From contig OY781089.1 of NCBI GenBank assembly GCA_963676565.1, positions 960,001 to 1,024,000 on the forward strand: a DNA stretch of 64,000 nucleotides. The letters are read 5' to 3'. This document shows positions 30,267 through 43,096 of this stretch, piece by piece (position 1 is the first letter of the stretch; every line of letters starts with the position of its first letter). The position numbers were made by a program, and so were the translations under genes. The notes under the pieces are model-generated. The model saw nothing but the letters and a program-made list of their open reading frames with translations, did no database searches and had not been told where the DNA came from. Origin of the DNA: Halarcobacter sp. GTDB lineage: Bacteria; Campylobacterota; Campylobacteria; Campylobacterales; Arcobacteraceae.

Positions 30267-31856
30267 TTGCAAAAATTAGTAAAAGATTATATTGAAGATA
30301 TTTTAGAAAAAGAGGTAGTTCTAGAGAAGCCTAAAGATATTACTTTAGGACATTTTGCAACTCCTGTAGCTTTTTCTTTGGCAAAAGAGTTGAGAAAATC
30401 ACCAATGATTATTGCTGAAGAATTAGCTTCGAAGTTTGAAGAATCGATTATTTTTGAAAAAGTTGAAGCAGTAAAAGGTTTTATTAACTTTAAACTTTCA
30501 AATGGCTTTTTAGAAAAACTTTCAAAAGATGCATTACAACTTGGAAGCAATTTTGCTAAATGTGAAAAAAGAAATCAATCAATACTTTTAGAATATGTAA
30601 GTGCAAACCCAACTGGTCCTTTACACATAGGTCATGCAAGGGGTGCAATTCTTGGTGATTCTATTGCAAGAGTTGGTAGACACTTAGGTTTTGATATCAC
30701 AACTGAGTATTATGTAAATGACGCAGGTGCTCAAATGGATATGTTAGGTCTTTCTATTTCTTTAGCAGGTCGTGATTTTATTTTAAAAGAAGTTGTAGAA
30801 TATCCTGAAACATATTATAGAGGTGAATATCTAGTTGATATTGCCCAACAAATTTTTGACAAACATGGAGCAGAAATTTTCCATGATGAATCAAGATTTA
30901 GGGAAATGGCTGACTTTGGAAAAAATATTGTAATGGATATTATTACAAGTGATTTAAAAGATGTAGGGATAGAATTTGATAATTTTGTTTCAGAAGCATC
31001 TTTGTATGAAGCATGGCTTGATACAAAAAAAGTTTTACTTGATAATGGTTCACTTTATGAAAAAGATGAAAAAATATTTTTGAAATCAACTTTACATGGC
31101 GATGATAATGATAGGGTTGTAGTAAGAGAAAATGGGATACCAACATATCTTGCTGGAGACATAATTTATCATAAAAATAAATTTGATAGAGGATTTGATC
31201 ATTATATAAATATTTGGGGTGCAGATCACCACGGATATATAAAAAGAGTACATGCAGCAATTGAGTTTTTAGGAAACGATTCTTCTAAACTTGAAATTTT
31301 ACTTTCTCAGATGGTTCAGCTACTTAAAGGTGGAGAACCTTATAAGATGAGTAAAAGAGCTGGTAATGTAATTTTGATGAGTGATATAGCTGAAGAGATT
31401 GGTTCAGATACACTAAGATTTGTTTTTTTAACTAAAAAAAGTGATACTCACCTTGAGTTTGATTTGGATATGTTAAAAAATCAAGATAGTTCGAACCCAA
31501 TCTTTTATATTAATTATGCATATGCTAGAATTAATCAAGTATTCAAAAAAAGTGAAAAAAGTTTTGAATCAGTATTAGATGAAAACTATGAAGATCTTAA
31601 TCAAGATGCTTTAAATTTAGTATATGAATCTTTATTAATGCCTTCAATTTTAGAAGAGGCATTTACAAAAAGAGACATGCAAAAGATTACTGATTATCTT
31701 TATTCTCTTGCATCATCAATACACAGATTTTATAATGAACATAAAATTGTTGGAAGTGATGATGAAAATAAATACTTAAAGGTATTAAGTCTTTGTGCTT
31801 TATCTATAAAAGTAACATTAGATTTATTGGGAATAAAAGCTAAAGAGGTGATGTAA
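30267..31856 (+). CDS. argS: Arginyl-tRNA synthetase
   Basis: SANPTGPLHIGH, KMSKRAG. Confidence 0.97.
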   Translation: MQKLVKDYIEDILEKEVVLEKPKDITLGHFATPVAFSLAKELRKSPMIIAEELASKFEESIIFEKVEAVKGFINFKLSNGFLEKLSKDALQLGSNFAKCEKRNQSILLEYVSANPTGPLHIGHARGAILGDSIARVGRHLGFDITTEYYVNDAGAQMDMLGLSISLAGRDFILKEVVEYPETYYRGEYLVDIAQQIFDKHGAEIFHDESRFREMADFGKNIVMDIITSDLKDVGIEFDNFVSEASLYEAWLDTKKVLLDNGSLYEKDEKIFLKSTLHGDDNDRVVVRENGIPTYLAGDIIYHKNKFDRGFDHYINIWGADHHGYIKRVHAAIEFLGNDSSKLEILLSQMVQLLKGGEPYKMSKRAGNVILMSDIAEEIGSDTLRFVFLTKKSDTHLEFDLDMLKNQDSSNPIFYINYAYARINQVFKKSEKSFESVLDENYEDLNQDALNLVYESLLMPSILEEAFTKRDMQKITDYLYSLASSIHRFYNEHKIVGSDDENKYLKVLSLCALSIKVTLDLLGIKAKEVM

Positions 31857-31984
31857 TGAAATGGTTTATAATTATACTTGTAATTGTAATTGGAATTGCA
31901 ATTTCTACAGGGTATATGGGTGGAGCTAAAGATGCTGCATCAAACTATAATAAGTTATTAACAGGAAAACCTGCAGCTAAGTAA
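31856..31984 (+). CDS. 42-aa small membrane protein
   Basis: ATG overlaps the argS stop (TAATG); MKWFIIILVIVIGIAISTGYMGGAKDAASNYNKLLTGKPAAK; ends just before a terminator. Confidence 0.7.
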   Translation: MKWFIIILVIVIGIAISTGYMGGAKDAASNYNKLLTGKPAAK

Positions 31985-32008
31985 TAAAAGGGGTTAACCC
32001 CTTTTATT
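31983..32008. terminator. Bidirectional intrinsic terminator
   Basis: Perfect palindrome AATAAAAGGGGTTAACCCCTTTTATT. Confidence 0.85.
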
Positions 32009-32016
32009 TATTGTCT

Positions 32017-32340
32017 TTAGGCTTTAGCCTCAAGCTCACTTAAGAACTCTTCAATAGTATATTTTTCTCTATATTGTTCACTCATTAGGTGAATAAAAAT
32101 ATCTCCCATATCAATGATTGTCCAGTTTTCGTCATCATCAACTCTTAAGAACTCTTCACCTAAAGGTTTTAAATCATTTTTTAAATAATTTAATAGTGCA
32201 AATCCATGTTTTGGGTTTAATGTAGTTGCAATAACTACATAATCAACAATATATTCTTTGTCTGTTAAGTCAATAACTTCAATATTCTCAGCTTTTTTAT
32301 CATCTAAAATAGCTTTGATTGTCTCTAATCTTTTGTTCAA
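32017..32340 (-). CDS. rsfS: Ribosome silencing factor
   Basis: DDKKAENI, WTIIDMGDIFIHL; coupled to nadD. Confidence 0.93.
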   Translation of the reverse strand: MNKRLETIKAILDDKKAENIEVIDLTDKEYIVDYVVIATTLNPKHGFALLNYLKNDLKPLGEEFLRVDDDENWTIIDMGDIFIHLMSEQYREKYTIEEFLSELEAKA

Positions 32341-32888
32341 ATTTTACCTTTTTCTTTCCAGATGTTTTTTACATCTTTTCTTATTTTTTTTGGAATATAA
32401 TCTAAACTAAAAGTATTTCTTAGTTCAGTAGAACTAATTTTAATGTCAACTTTTAGTCTTTTAACCTTTCCTTTTTTATTGTATTTTATACCATCCCTAG
32501 TAACAACAACAAGAGTAACTAGTTTCTCAATCTCTTCAAAACTGTCCCATAAATGAAAAGACTTATAATTGTCTGCACCTATAATTAAGTACAATTTTTC
32601 TGGTTTATACTTTTTTAAAACAAATTTAATTGTTTCAATAGAATAAACTGGTCTTTTCATATCAATTTCAAAGGAAGAAACTTTTACAGCTTCTTTTTTT
32701 GAAAAGAGTTTTTTTAGTAATTTAAATCTTGTTTGTGCATCCAAAAAAGATTTAACTTTAAGGGGATTTAAATATGCAGGAACAACAAGCAACAAATCTA
32801 TGTCTAACTTTTTTAAAGCTTTTTTTACAATGGTTTGGTGACCAATATGTGGAGGGTCAAAACTTCCACCAAAAATTGCCATATGCAC
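32337..32888 (-). CDS. nadD: Nicotinate-nucleotide adenylyltransferase
   Basis: GGSFDPPHIGH, IIGADN, ISSTELR. Confidence 0.95.
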   Translation of the reverse strand: MHMAIFGGSFDPPHIGHQTIVKKALKKLDIDLLLVVPAYLNPLKVKSFLDAQTRFKLLKKLFSKKEAVKVSSFEIDMKRPVYSIETIKFVLKKYKPEKLYLIIGADNYKSFHLWDSFEEIEKLVTLVVVTRDGIKYNKKGKVKRLKVDIKISSTELRNTFSLDYIPKKIRKDVKNIWKEKGKI

Positions 32889-33059
32889 CTATATATTACC
32901 TTTATACAATGATTAAATAATATTATAGCAATTTTTGGATAAAATATCCACGATTTTGTTAATTAAGTGGGGATTTGACTATAAATTTATAGTTATTACT
33001 TTACTAGGTGTGTGAACAATTTTTGACACAAATTTAATACAGTTTAAAATGAGGGGAAA

Positions 33060-34256
33060 ATGAAATTACAAGAGATTAAAAACATTGATATTGATGGGAA
33101 AAAAGTATTTATAAGATGTGACTTTAATGTACCTATGGATGAATATAATAATATTTCAGATGATAGAAGAATAAAAAGTGCGTTAAATACAATTAGATAC
33201 TGTATTGATAGAGATTGTTCAATTATTTTGGCATCACACTTTGGTAGACCATCTGAACCAGGAGAGGAGAAATATTCTCTAAAACCAGTTGCAAAAAGAT
33301 TACATACTCTTTTAAAACAAGAGATAAAAATGGCTAAAAATGTAATTGGTGATGATACACTTGAAACTGCACAAAATCTTGAAGCAGGTGAGATTTTATT
33401 ACTTGAAAACCTAAGATATGAGCAAGGTGAGAAGAAAAATGATGAAGAGTTTGCTTCAAAACTTGCATCTATGGCTGATATTTATATTAATGATGCCTTT
33501 GGTGTATCTCATAGAGCTCATGCTTCTGTTGAAGCAATTACAAAGTTTTTTGATATAAATTCAAAAGCTGCAGGGTTTCTACTTGCAAAAGAGATTAAAT
33601 TTTTCTATAAAATTATTGAAGAACCAAAGAGACCATTTGTTTCAATTATTGGTGGTTCAAAAGTTTCTGGAAAGCTTGAAGTTTTACATAATCTAATCAC
33701 AAAAGTTGATAAAATATTGATTGGTGGAGGAATGGCCTTTACATTCTTAAAAGCTCAAGGTTATGAAGTAGGAAAATCATTAGTTGAAGATGATTTAATA
33801 CCTGATGCAAAAGAGATTATGCAAAAAGCACAAGAGTTAGGGGTTAAACTTTATCTACCTGTAGATGTTGTTGCCGCTGAAGCTTTTGATGCAGATGCAA
33901 TTGCTAAACATGTTACTGCTCAAGAAATTCCAGCTGAGTGGATGGGACTTGATATAGGACCTGCAACTGCTCAATTATTTAGATTTGCACTTTCAGATGC
34001 AAATACTATTTTATGGAATGGACCAATGGGTGTTTATGAAATGGAAAAATTTGCTAAAGGAAGTACTAGAATCTCTAATACTGTTGCACAATCTTTTGCA
34101 ACAACAGTTGTTGGTGGTGGAGATACAGCAGATTTAGTTAGAGTAACTGGCGATGAAGAGGATATGACATTTATCTCAACTGGTGGTGGAGCATCATTAG
34201 AATTAATTGAAGGGAAAGTTTTACCTGGTGTTAAAGCTTTAGTTTTAGAGGACTAA
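33060..34256 (+). CDS. pgk: Phosphoglycerate kinase
   Basis: [29 protein letters not shown]. Confidence 0.98.
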   Translation: MKLQEIKNIDIDGKKVFIRCDFNVPMDEYNNISDDRRIKSALNTIRYCIDRDCSIILASHFGRPSEPGEEKYSLKPVAKRLHTLLKQEIKMAKNVIGDDTLETAQNLEAGEILLLENLRYEQGEKKNDEEFASKLASMADIYINDAFGVSHRAHASVEAITKFFDINSKAAGFLLAKEIKFFYKIIEEPKRPFVSIIGGSKVSGKLEVLHNLITKVDKILIGGGMAFTFLKAQGYEVGKSLVEDDLIPDAKEIMQKAQELGVKLYLPVDVVAAEAFDADAIAKHVTAQEIPAEWMGLDIGPATAQLFRFALSDANTILWNGPMGVYEMEKFAKGSTRISNTVAQSFATTVVGGGDTADLVRVTGDEEDMTFISTGGGASLELIEGKVLPGVKALVLED

Positions 34257-34260
34257 TTTA

Positions 34261-35877
<1,617 letters not shown>

Positions 35878-35956
35878 TACTGATAAATAATCAAAAGTTT
35901 TTATTTAAAATTTATTGGAATTTTGAATTAAAATTTTAAATTGTTATAGGAAAAAA

Positions 35957-37165
35957 ATGAGTATTAATTTTAAAGAATTAGCAGAAAAATATCAAACACC
36001 ATATTATGTATATGATTTTGATTATATTACAAGTCAATATGAAGAGTTAAAAACTGCGTTTAAAGCAAGAAAATCTTTAATCGCATATGCTGTAAAAGCA
36101 AACTCAAATTTATCAGTTATTAAACACTTAGCATCTCTAGGTGCAGGGGCTGATTGTGTTTCTATTGGTGAAGTAAAAAGAGCATTAAAAGTTGGAATTG
36201 CTCCATATAAAATTATCTTTTCAGGTGTTGGTAAAATTGATTCTGAGATAAAAGAAGCATTAGAACTTGGTATTTTAATGATAAATGTTGAATCAGATGC
36301 AGAGTTACAAAGAGTAGAAACTATTGCAAAAGAGCTTGATGTTGTTGCAAGAATCTCTATTAGAGTAAATCCAAATATTGATCCAAAAACACATCCATAT
36401 ATTTCAACAGGATTACATGAAAATAAATTTGGTGTGGATATTGACACAGCAAAAAGAATGTATATTCAATGTAAAAATTCGGATAATTTAGAACCAACTG
36501 GTATTCATTGTCATATTGGGTCTCAATTAACAGAGCTTCAACCAATTAAAGAATCTGTTCAAATAATTGCTGATTTAGTGAGAAATCTTGCTGCTCTTAA
36601 AATTGAGCTTTCTTTTATAGATGTTGGTGGGGGACTTGGAATTATTTATGATGATGAAAAGTTAATTGATACAAATGAATATGCACAAGCAATTTTAGAA
36701 ACAATGTTTGGTCTTGATATTACAATTGTATGTGAACCAGGAAGATTTCTAGTAGGGAATAGTGGTACTTTTGTAACTAAAGTTTTATATGAAAAAATAA
36801 ATGGTGAAAAAAGATTTGTGATTGTTGATGGGGCTATGAATGATTTAATTAGACCAGCTTTATACAATGCTTACCATAAAATTGAAGTTTTAAATGATAA
36901 TAAAGAGTTTAGCGATTGTAATTTAGTTGGTCCTGTTTGTGAAAGTGGAGATTTCTTTGCTAAAAATATTGAATTACCACAAACACAACATAATGATTTG
37001 GTTGCTATATATTCTGCAGGAGCTTATTGTTTTACAATGGCAAGTAACTATAATACTAGGGGAAAAGTTGCTGAAATTGCATATGAAAATGGACAAGATA
37101 GATTAATCAGAAAAAGAGAAACTTTTGAAGATATAATTGCTTTAGAAGAAGAGTTTATAAAATAA
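35957..37165 (+). CDS. lysA: Diaminopimelate decarboxylase
   Basis: YAVKAN, HIGSQ, EPGR, GPVCESGD. Confidence 0.97.
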   Translation: MSINFKELAEKYQTPYYVYDFDYITSQYEELKTAFKARKSLIAYAVKANSNLSVIKHLASLGAGADCVSIGEVKRALKVGIAPYKIIFSGVGKIDSEIKEALELGILMINVESDAELQRVETIAKELDVVARISIRVNPNIDPKTHPYISTGLHENKFGVDIDTAKRMYIQCKNSDNLEPTGIHCHIGSQLTELQPIKESVQIIADLVRNLAALKIELSFIDVGGGLGIIYDDEKLIDTNEYAQAILETMFGLDITIVCEPGRFLVGNSGTFVTKVLYEKINGEKRFVIVDGAMNDLIRPALYNAYHKIEVLNDNKEFSDCNLVGPVCESGDFFAKNIELPQTQHNDLVAIYSAGAYCFTMASNYNTRGKVAEIAYENGQDRLIRKRETFEDIIALEEEFIK

Positions 37166-37190
37166 TAAAAGCAATAAAAAAGGTTAGGTT

Positions 37191-38258
37191 ATGAGTGAGA
37201 TTGGACTACAAGAATTAAGAGATAAGTTAGATTCAATTGATAATGAATTATTAAAACTTATAAATAAAAGAATGGAAGTTGTTCATCAAGTTGGAGCGTT
37301 AAAAGCACAAAGTGGAGGAGCAATATATAGACCTGAAAGGGAAAAAGCTATTATTGATAGACTTGAGTCATTAAATGATGGTAAACTAAATAGAAATGCA
37401 ATTGAAGCACTTTTTTTAGAGATTTTTGCTATTTCTAGAAATTTAGAACTTCCAGAAAACATTGCTTATTTAGGTCCTGAAGGAAGTTTTACTCATCAAG
37501 CAGCAGAGGGTAGATTTGGTGCTATGAGCTCATATTTACCAATTGGTTCTATTAAAGGGGTATTTAGAGAAGTTAGTTCAAAAAAGGCAAAATTTGGAGT
37601 TATTCCTATTGAAAATTCTTCAAATGGAATTGTAAGTGATACTATTAGTTGTCTTTCAAATTATGATCTTAAAATTATTGCTGAAGTGGTTTTAAATATT
37701 CACCATACTTTAGCAACAACATGTGATAAGGTTTCAGATATAAAAAGAATTTATTCTAAAGATATTGCCTTTGATCAATGTAGTAGATTTTTAGAGAATG
37801 TTGGACTTGATGAAGTTGAACATATACCTGTTGAGTCAACAACCAAAGCTGCAAAATTGGCTTTAAATGAAAAAGGAAGTGCTGCAATTTGTTCTCATGT
37901 TGGAGCAAAGATTTATAATCTTCCAATTTTATTTGAAAACATTGAAGATAAAGATAACAATAAAACAAGATTTTTTATTGTAAGTGATTTTGAAAATGGT
38001 AAGAGTGACCATGATAAAACATCAATATTGGTTAAATTACCAAATACTCCTGGTGCCTTGGTTGAATTTTTAACAGATTTTGATAGAGCAGGGATAAACC
38101 TGACAAAAATCAAATCACATATTGTAGAGGGTGTTTCTATTTTCTTTATTGATTTCAATGGACATAAAGATGATGATAATGTAAAAACAATTTTTGATAA
38201 ACATGGTGAATCTATAAAATTCTTAGGTTCATATGTTAAAGAAGTAGAGGATATTTAA
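37191..38258 (+). CDS. pheA: Chorismate mutase/prephenate dehydratase
   Basis: N-terminal CM domain, LGPEGSFT, PIENS, TRF, ACT domain. Confidence 0.95.
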   Translation: MSEIGLQELRDKLDSIDNELLKLINKRMEVVHQVGALKAQSGGAIYRPEREKAIIDRLESLNDGKLNRNAIEALFLEIFAISRNLELPENIAYLGPEGSFTHQAAEGRFGAMSSYLPIGSIKGVFREVSSKKAKFGVIPIENSSNGIVSDTISCLSNYDLKIIAEVVLNIHHTLATTCDKVSDIKRIYSKDIAFDQCSRFLENVGLDEVEHIPVESTTKAAKLALNEKGSAAICSHVGAKIYNLPILFENIEDKDNNKTRFFIVSDFENGKSDHDKTSILVKLPNTPGALVEFLTDFDRAGINLTKIKSHIVEGVSIFFIDFNGHKDDDNVKTIFDKHGESIKFLGSYVKEVEDI

Positions 38259-38260
38259 AA

Positions 38261-39370
38261 ATGAAATTTAATAAAGTTCTGGATGATTGTAAAATTTATG
38301 AAGCAGGTAAGCCTATTGAGCTTGTAGTTAGAGAATATGGAGTTGATACAAAAGATATTGTAAAGCTTGCTTCAAATGAGAATCCATATGGAACCTCACC
38401 AAAAGTAACTAAAAAAATTCAAGATATTTCAAAAAATATGTTTATGTATCCTGATGATTCAATGTATGAATTAAAAGAGGCCCTTGCTAATAAATTTAAA
38501 GTTACTAGTGAAAATATAGTAATTGGTGCAGGAAGTGATCAAGTAATTGATTTTTTAGTAAAAGCAAAATGTGATGAAAATTCTAAAATTTTAATGAGTA
38601 AAACTACTTTTGCTATGTATGAAATTTATGGAAGACAAGCAGGTGCTGAAATTTTAAGGACACCTGATGATCAACATAATTTAGAGCAATTTGAAGCTAT
38701 GTATAAAGAACATGGTGCAGATATGATTTTCTTATGTTTACCAAATAATCCACTTGGGGAATGCTTGGATACAAAAGATGTTTATGACTTTTTAGAAAAA
38801 ATTGATAGTGAAACTTTAGTTGTAGTTGATGGTGCTTATCAAGAGTATGCGGCATTTAAAGATTCAAAAAAGAGAATTGATCCAGCTGATTTAATAAATA
38901 AATTCCCAAATACAGTTTATTTAGGAACTTTTTCAAAAGCTTATGCTTTAGGTGGAATGAGAACTGGATATGGGATTGGTCAAGTTGATATTATAAAAAC
39001 TATGTATAAATTAAGACCTCCTTTTAATATTTCTACACTATCATTAGCTGCTGCCATTGAATCACTAAAAGATGAAGAGTTTGTAAATGAGTGTATTAAA
39101 TTAAACTTTCAGCAGATGAAAAGATATGAAGAGTATGCTTTAAATAAAGGTTTTTCATATATTGATAGTTACACAAATTTTATTACACTTAAATTTGAAG
39201 ATAAGTATAGCTCTAAAGAAGTTGCACAAAGGTTACTTGAAAAAGGTATCATTATTAGAGATTTAACTTCTTATGGAGTTAATGCAATAAGAATTACAAT
39301 TGGATCAGAAGAACAAAACACAAAAGTATTTAAAATATTAGATAAAGTATTGGACGAACTAAAAAAATAA
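38261..39370 (+). CDS. hisC: Histidinol-phosphate aminotransferase
   Basis: KLASNENP, PNNP, TFSKAYALGGMRTG. Confidence 0.95.
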   Translation: MKFNKVLDDCKIYEAGKPIELVVREYGVDTKDIVKLASNENPYGTSPKVTKKIQDISKNMFMYPDDSMYELKEALANKFKVTSENIVIGAGSDQVIDFLVKAKCDENSKILMSKTTFAMYEIYGRQAGAEILRTPDDQHNLEQFEAMYKEHGADMIFLCLPNNPLGECLDTKDVYDFLEKIDSETLVVVDGAYQEYAAFKDSKKRIDPADLINKFPNTVYLGTFSKAYALGGMRTGYGIGQVDIIKTMYKLRPPFNISTLSLAAAIESLKDEEFVNECIKLNFQQMKRYEEYALNKGFSYIDSYTNFITLKFEDKYSSKEVAQRLLEKGIIIRDLTSYGVNAIRITIGSEEQNTKVFKILDKVLDELKK

Positions 39371-39383
39371 AGAGTTTAGAATT

Positions 39384-41186
39384 ATGGAAATAAAAGAAAA
39401 GAGCCTTGATGAGTTAGAAGTAGTTTGTCAAGATATCAGAGATAGGATTATAGATGTTGTATCAAGAAAAGGTGGACACTTTTCTTCTACACTTGGTGCA
39501 GTTGAGTTAACTGTCGCAATGCATAAAGTTTTTAATGTAAAAAAAGATCCTTTTATCTATGATGTATCTCACCAATGCTATCCTCATAAATTAATTAATG
39601 ATAGATGGAATGAATTTGAAACAATCAGACAATTTGATGGTTTAAGTGGTTTTACTAAGCCAAAAGAATCAGATGCAGACTATTTTGTAGCTGGACATAG
39701 TTCAACTTCTATTTCCTTAGCAGTTGGAGCTGCTAAAGCAATAAAACTAAAGAATGAAGATAGAATCCCTGTTGTTATGATAGGTGATGGTTCTATGACA
39801 GCAGGGATGGTTTATGAGGCTCTAAATGAGCTTGGTGACAAGAAATATCCTACTGTAATTATTTTAAATGATAATGAAATGTCAATAGCAAAACCAATTG
39901 GTGCTATTTCTAAATATTTATCAAAAATATTAGCAGGTAAATATTATCAAAGTTTTAAGGATAGAGTAGACAGATTTATTAAAAATAATATGCCCGAAGG
40001 GACTACTTATATAGCCAAAAGAATGGAAGAGGCTATGAAGCTTATTACTCCTGGGATACTCTTTGAAGAGATGGGAGTTGATTATATTGGTCCAATTGAT
40101 GGGCATAATCTTGAAGAGATTATTGAAACACTTGAAATCGCCAGAGATATGAAAAAGCCTGTTATTGTTCATGCAAGAACAGTTAAGGGGAAAGGTTATG
40201 CTCCTGCTGAGGGTCAACATGAATGTTGGCATGGGGTAGGTCCTTTTAATATTGATGATGGAAAGTTTGTTAAAAAAAATGCAGGGAAATCTGCAACGGC
40301 AGTTTTTGCTGATGCACTTTTAGACTTAGCAAAAAAACATGAAAATGTAGTTGGTGTAACGGCAGCAATGCCTAGTGGAACTGGAATTGACAAGTTAATG
40401 AAAGAGTTTCCAACTAGATTTTGGGATGTTGCAATTGCAGAACAACATGCAGTTACTTCTATGGCTGCTATGGCAAAAGAGGGATTTAAACCATTTATTA
40501 CAATCTATTCTACATTCTTACAAAGAGGATTTGATCAAATTATTCATGATGTATGCTTAATGAATCTCCCTGTTGTATTTGCCATTGATAGAGCAGGGAT
40601 TGTAGGAAATGATGGGGAAACTCACCAAGGAGCTTTTGATATATCTTATTTAAGGTTTATTCCTAATATGATTCTTTGTGCTCCTAGAGATAATGAAACA
40701 TTAATATACGCATTAGATTTTGCATATAATGCTTCAAGTCCATGTGCTATTAGATACCCTAGAGGTGCCTTTGGTGAACTTGAATTTAAATCAACACCCT
40801 TTGAACTTGGAAAGGCAGAACTTTTAAAAGAAGGAAGTTCTGATAAACTTTTTATTGCATATGGTGCTGGTGTTAGTAGAGCCTGTGAAACTGAAAAACT
40901 TCATGAAGAAGATATAGCAATTTTAGATTTAAGGTTTGTTAAACCTTTAGATGAAGAAACTTTAAGAGAATTGACAAAAAAATATTCAAAGTGGTATGTA
41001 TTTAGTGATTCACAAAAACAAGGTGGAGTTGCAAGTGCTATTTTAGAATTTTTAAATAAAGAAGAACTTTTTATTAGTGTTACATCATTTGAATATGAAG
41101 ATGATTTTATTCCCCATGGAGATACAAAGAAAGTTGAAGAGAGCTTATTTTTACACCCTGCTCAATTAGTAGAAAAAATTAACTAG
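39384..41186 (+). CDS. dxs: 1-deoxy-D-xylulose-5-phosphate synthase
   Basis: GDGSMTAG, NDNEMSI, TVKGKG, IAEQHA, DGETHQG. Confidence 0.97.
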   Translation: MEIKEKSLDELEVVCQDIRDRIIDVVSRKGGHFSSTLGAVELTVAMHKVFNVKKDPFIYDVSHQCYPHKLINDRWNEFETIRQFDGLSGFTKPKESDADYFVAGHSSTSISLAVGAAKAIKLKNEDRIPVVMIGDGSMTAGMVYEALNELGDKKYPTVIILNDNEMSIAKPIGAISKYLSKILAGKYYQSFKDRVDRFIKNNMPEGTTYIAKRMEEAMKLITPGILFEEMGVDYIGPIDGHNLEEIIETLEIARDMKKPVIVHARTVKGKGYAPAEGQHECWHGVGPFNIDDGKFVKKNAGKSATAVFADALLDLAKKHENVVGVTAAMPSGTGIDKLMKEFPTRFWDVAIAEQHAVTSMAAMAKEGFKPFITIYSTFLQRGFDQIIHDVCLMNLPVVFAIDRAGIVGNDGETHQGAFDISYLRFIPNMILCAPRDNETLIYALDFAYNASSPCAIRYPRGAFGELEFKSTPFELGKAELLKEGSSDKLFIAYGAGVSRACETEKLHEEDIAILDLRFVKPLDEETLRELTKKYSKWYVFSDSQKQGGVASAILEFLNKEELFISVTSFEYEDDFIPHGDTKKVEESLFLHPAQLVEKIN

Positions 41187-41206
41187 TATTTATTACTAGT
41201 TAATTT
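41176..41206. terminator. 13-bp perfect inverted repeat spanning the dxs and secretin stop codons
   Basis: AAATTAACTAGTA-N5-TACTAGTTAATTT. Confidence 0.6.
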
Positions 41207-42642
41207 CCATAAAGTATTTTATTTACCCTTTGCTGATGTTTTTCCTCATCTGTTAATTCAACTTTTTCTTTTTTATTTTCTATTTTTTTAGTTGTTTCTG
41301 CAATCTCTTTCTCGTTTTCCATTTCTTCTTGATCTTTCATTTTGTAAAGATTATTCTTTTGTTTACTATAATCTCTATCTTTGATAATGTTCATTTTTTT
41401 CTTTAAGATTTTTTTCTCATCATGGTTCATTGGATCAACTATTTCAGGGGTCATGAAAAATACTAAATCATAGTTCTCATCATTTGTTGATCTACTTGAA
41501 AATAATTGTCCTAATAAAGGTATATCGCCTAAGCCTGGGATTTTTTCTTTATCTTGACTATAATCAGCTTTTAAAAGACCAGCTAAAACAATTGTAGAAC
41601 CATCTTCTATTAATACATTAGTTGTAACTTCATTACCTACTAAACCAGGGATGTCATCAACGGTATTAATATAATCAACATCATCAATTTTTGCCATTGC
41701 CTCAAAATCAATATATTGATTTTCAATAATCTTTTTTGCCTTCATTGAGATATTTAGACCATATTCAATCTCTTTTAATTCAGTTGATGGTACTCCCTCA
41801 GCTGTTGTAGTTGAAGATTTGATGAAAAACTTACCACCTGTATTAAATTTAGCTTCCTGATTCTCTTTCATAATCAAGGTACTTTCATTTACTATTCTAG
41901 CCGCATTGTTTTTTCTTAGGTAATTTAGTGTAAGACCTAAGTTAAAATCAGAACCTAATGTTTGCGCAGCAAGTGTTATTCCACCTGTTAAACTTGTAAT
42001 ATTAGCATTAAAATTACCAGTTAATGTATCATTTGTAGATTTATTACTAAATGTCCAATCATTGATAAGTTGTTCATTGTTATTATTATCTATTTGAACC
42101 ACATAAACTTTCACTCTAACCATTTTAGTTGAGTAATTGTCTTTAATTAAGTCAATTAATTGAGCTTCTGTGTCAATTCCATATTTTTTAAATATTTCAA
42201 TAAGTTTAGATTTTTGTGTTTGATTTTTTACATGTCCTTGTAGTATAACTGTATCATTGATTTGAGAGACTTGAACATTAGGGTAAAGATGATTAATTAG
42301 TTGAATTATATCATTCATATTTTTAACGATATTAAATTTAACTGTAACAACTGAATCATCTTGAAAAGTTACAATTGCACTTTGTTTACCAATTTTTTTC
42401 CCTTTTACTTTTAAGGTTGCTAGGGGGATATCGCTATCTTTTAAAAAATCAGCTTCAATATAATCACTTGAATCAAAATTAATTTTTTTAATTGTTTTAG
42501 TGAATTTAAGAATTTTATAGCCATTTAAATCTACAGTGACAATTTTATTTTCAAAATCTACTTGTTTTACAGCTTTAGTTTCTGATGCATTTAAAGAAAT
42601 GCAAAATAGTAGTAGTAATATAATAAAATTAATTTTTTTCAT
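41200..42642 (-). CDS. Tad secretin (RcpA/CpaC-like)
   Basis: Signal peptide from ATG 42642, BON-like region, secretin motifs DGSTIVLAGL, KIPGLGDIPLLGQLFSS, LVFFMTPEIV. Confidence 0.88.
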   Translation of the reverse strand: MKKINFIILLLLFCISLNASETKAVKQVDFENKIVTVDLNGYKILKFTKTIKKINFDSSDYIEADFLKDSDIPLATLKVKGKKIGKQSAIVTFQDDSVVTVKFNIVKNMNDIIQLINHLYPNVQVSQINDTVILQGHVKNQTQKSKLIEIFKKYGIDTEAQLIDLIKDNYSTKMVRVKVYVVQIDNNNNEQLINDWTFSNKSTNDTLTGNFNANITSLTGGITLAAQTLGSDFNLGLTLNYLRKNNAARIVNESTLIMKENQEAKFNTGGKFFIKSSTTTAEGVPSTELKEIEYGLNISMKAKKIIENQYIDFEAMAKIDDVDYINTVDDIPGLVGNEVTTNVLIEDGSTIVLAGLLKADYSQDKEKIPGLGDIPLLGQLFSSRSTNDENYDLVFFMTPEIVDPMNHDEKKILKKKMNIIKDRDYSKQKNNLYKMKDQEEMENEKEIAETTKKIENKKEKVELTDEEKHQQRVNKILYGN

Positions 42643-42650
42643 CTTCTCTC

Positions 42651-43094
42651 CTAATTTGATAAAGTGATATTTAATGTACATGTTATTGTATTTGAATTAT
42701 TTTCATTAAATACTACTCTTTTACTTACAAGATTATTACCAAAAAACTTATAAGAGTTATTTGTTGTTTGGGTAATAAAAATAACTTGATAGGCTCCATT
42801 TGCATTAAAACCACATATTGTATTTGTATCTGCTGAGACATTGTTTATAGCAGCTACTTTCATTGCATTAATGTTTGCCGTTAAATCAGCACCTATACCA
42901 TTAATTGCTACATTTCTTGAACCATAATCAGATATTGCATCCATATTATCTTTTACTCTAACAATTGTTGCGTAATCTACAACAAAAAAGAATAGGGTAA
43001 CAAAGCCTATAAACATTACCATCCATAAAAGAATGTTTTCTATATATGCTTTTTTAAAGCTTTGTTCTTTTTTTCTGATAGTTTTTTTACACAT
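42651..43094 (-). CDS. TadE/F-like minor pilin (non-canonical)
   Basis: Basic leader KKA, then YIENILLWMVMF hydrophobic helix; Cys pair; lies inside the Tad locus. Confidence 0.6.
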   Translation of the reverse strand: MCKKTIRKKEQSFKKAYIENILLWMVMFIGFVTLFFFVVDYATIVRVKDNMDAISDYGSRNVAINGIGADLTANINAMKVAAINNVSADTNTICGFNANGAYQVIFITQTTNNSYKFFGNNLVSKRVVFNENNSNTITCTLNITLSN

Positions 43095-43096
43095 CC

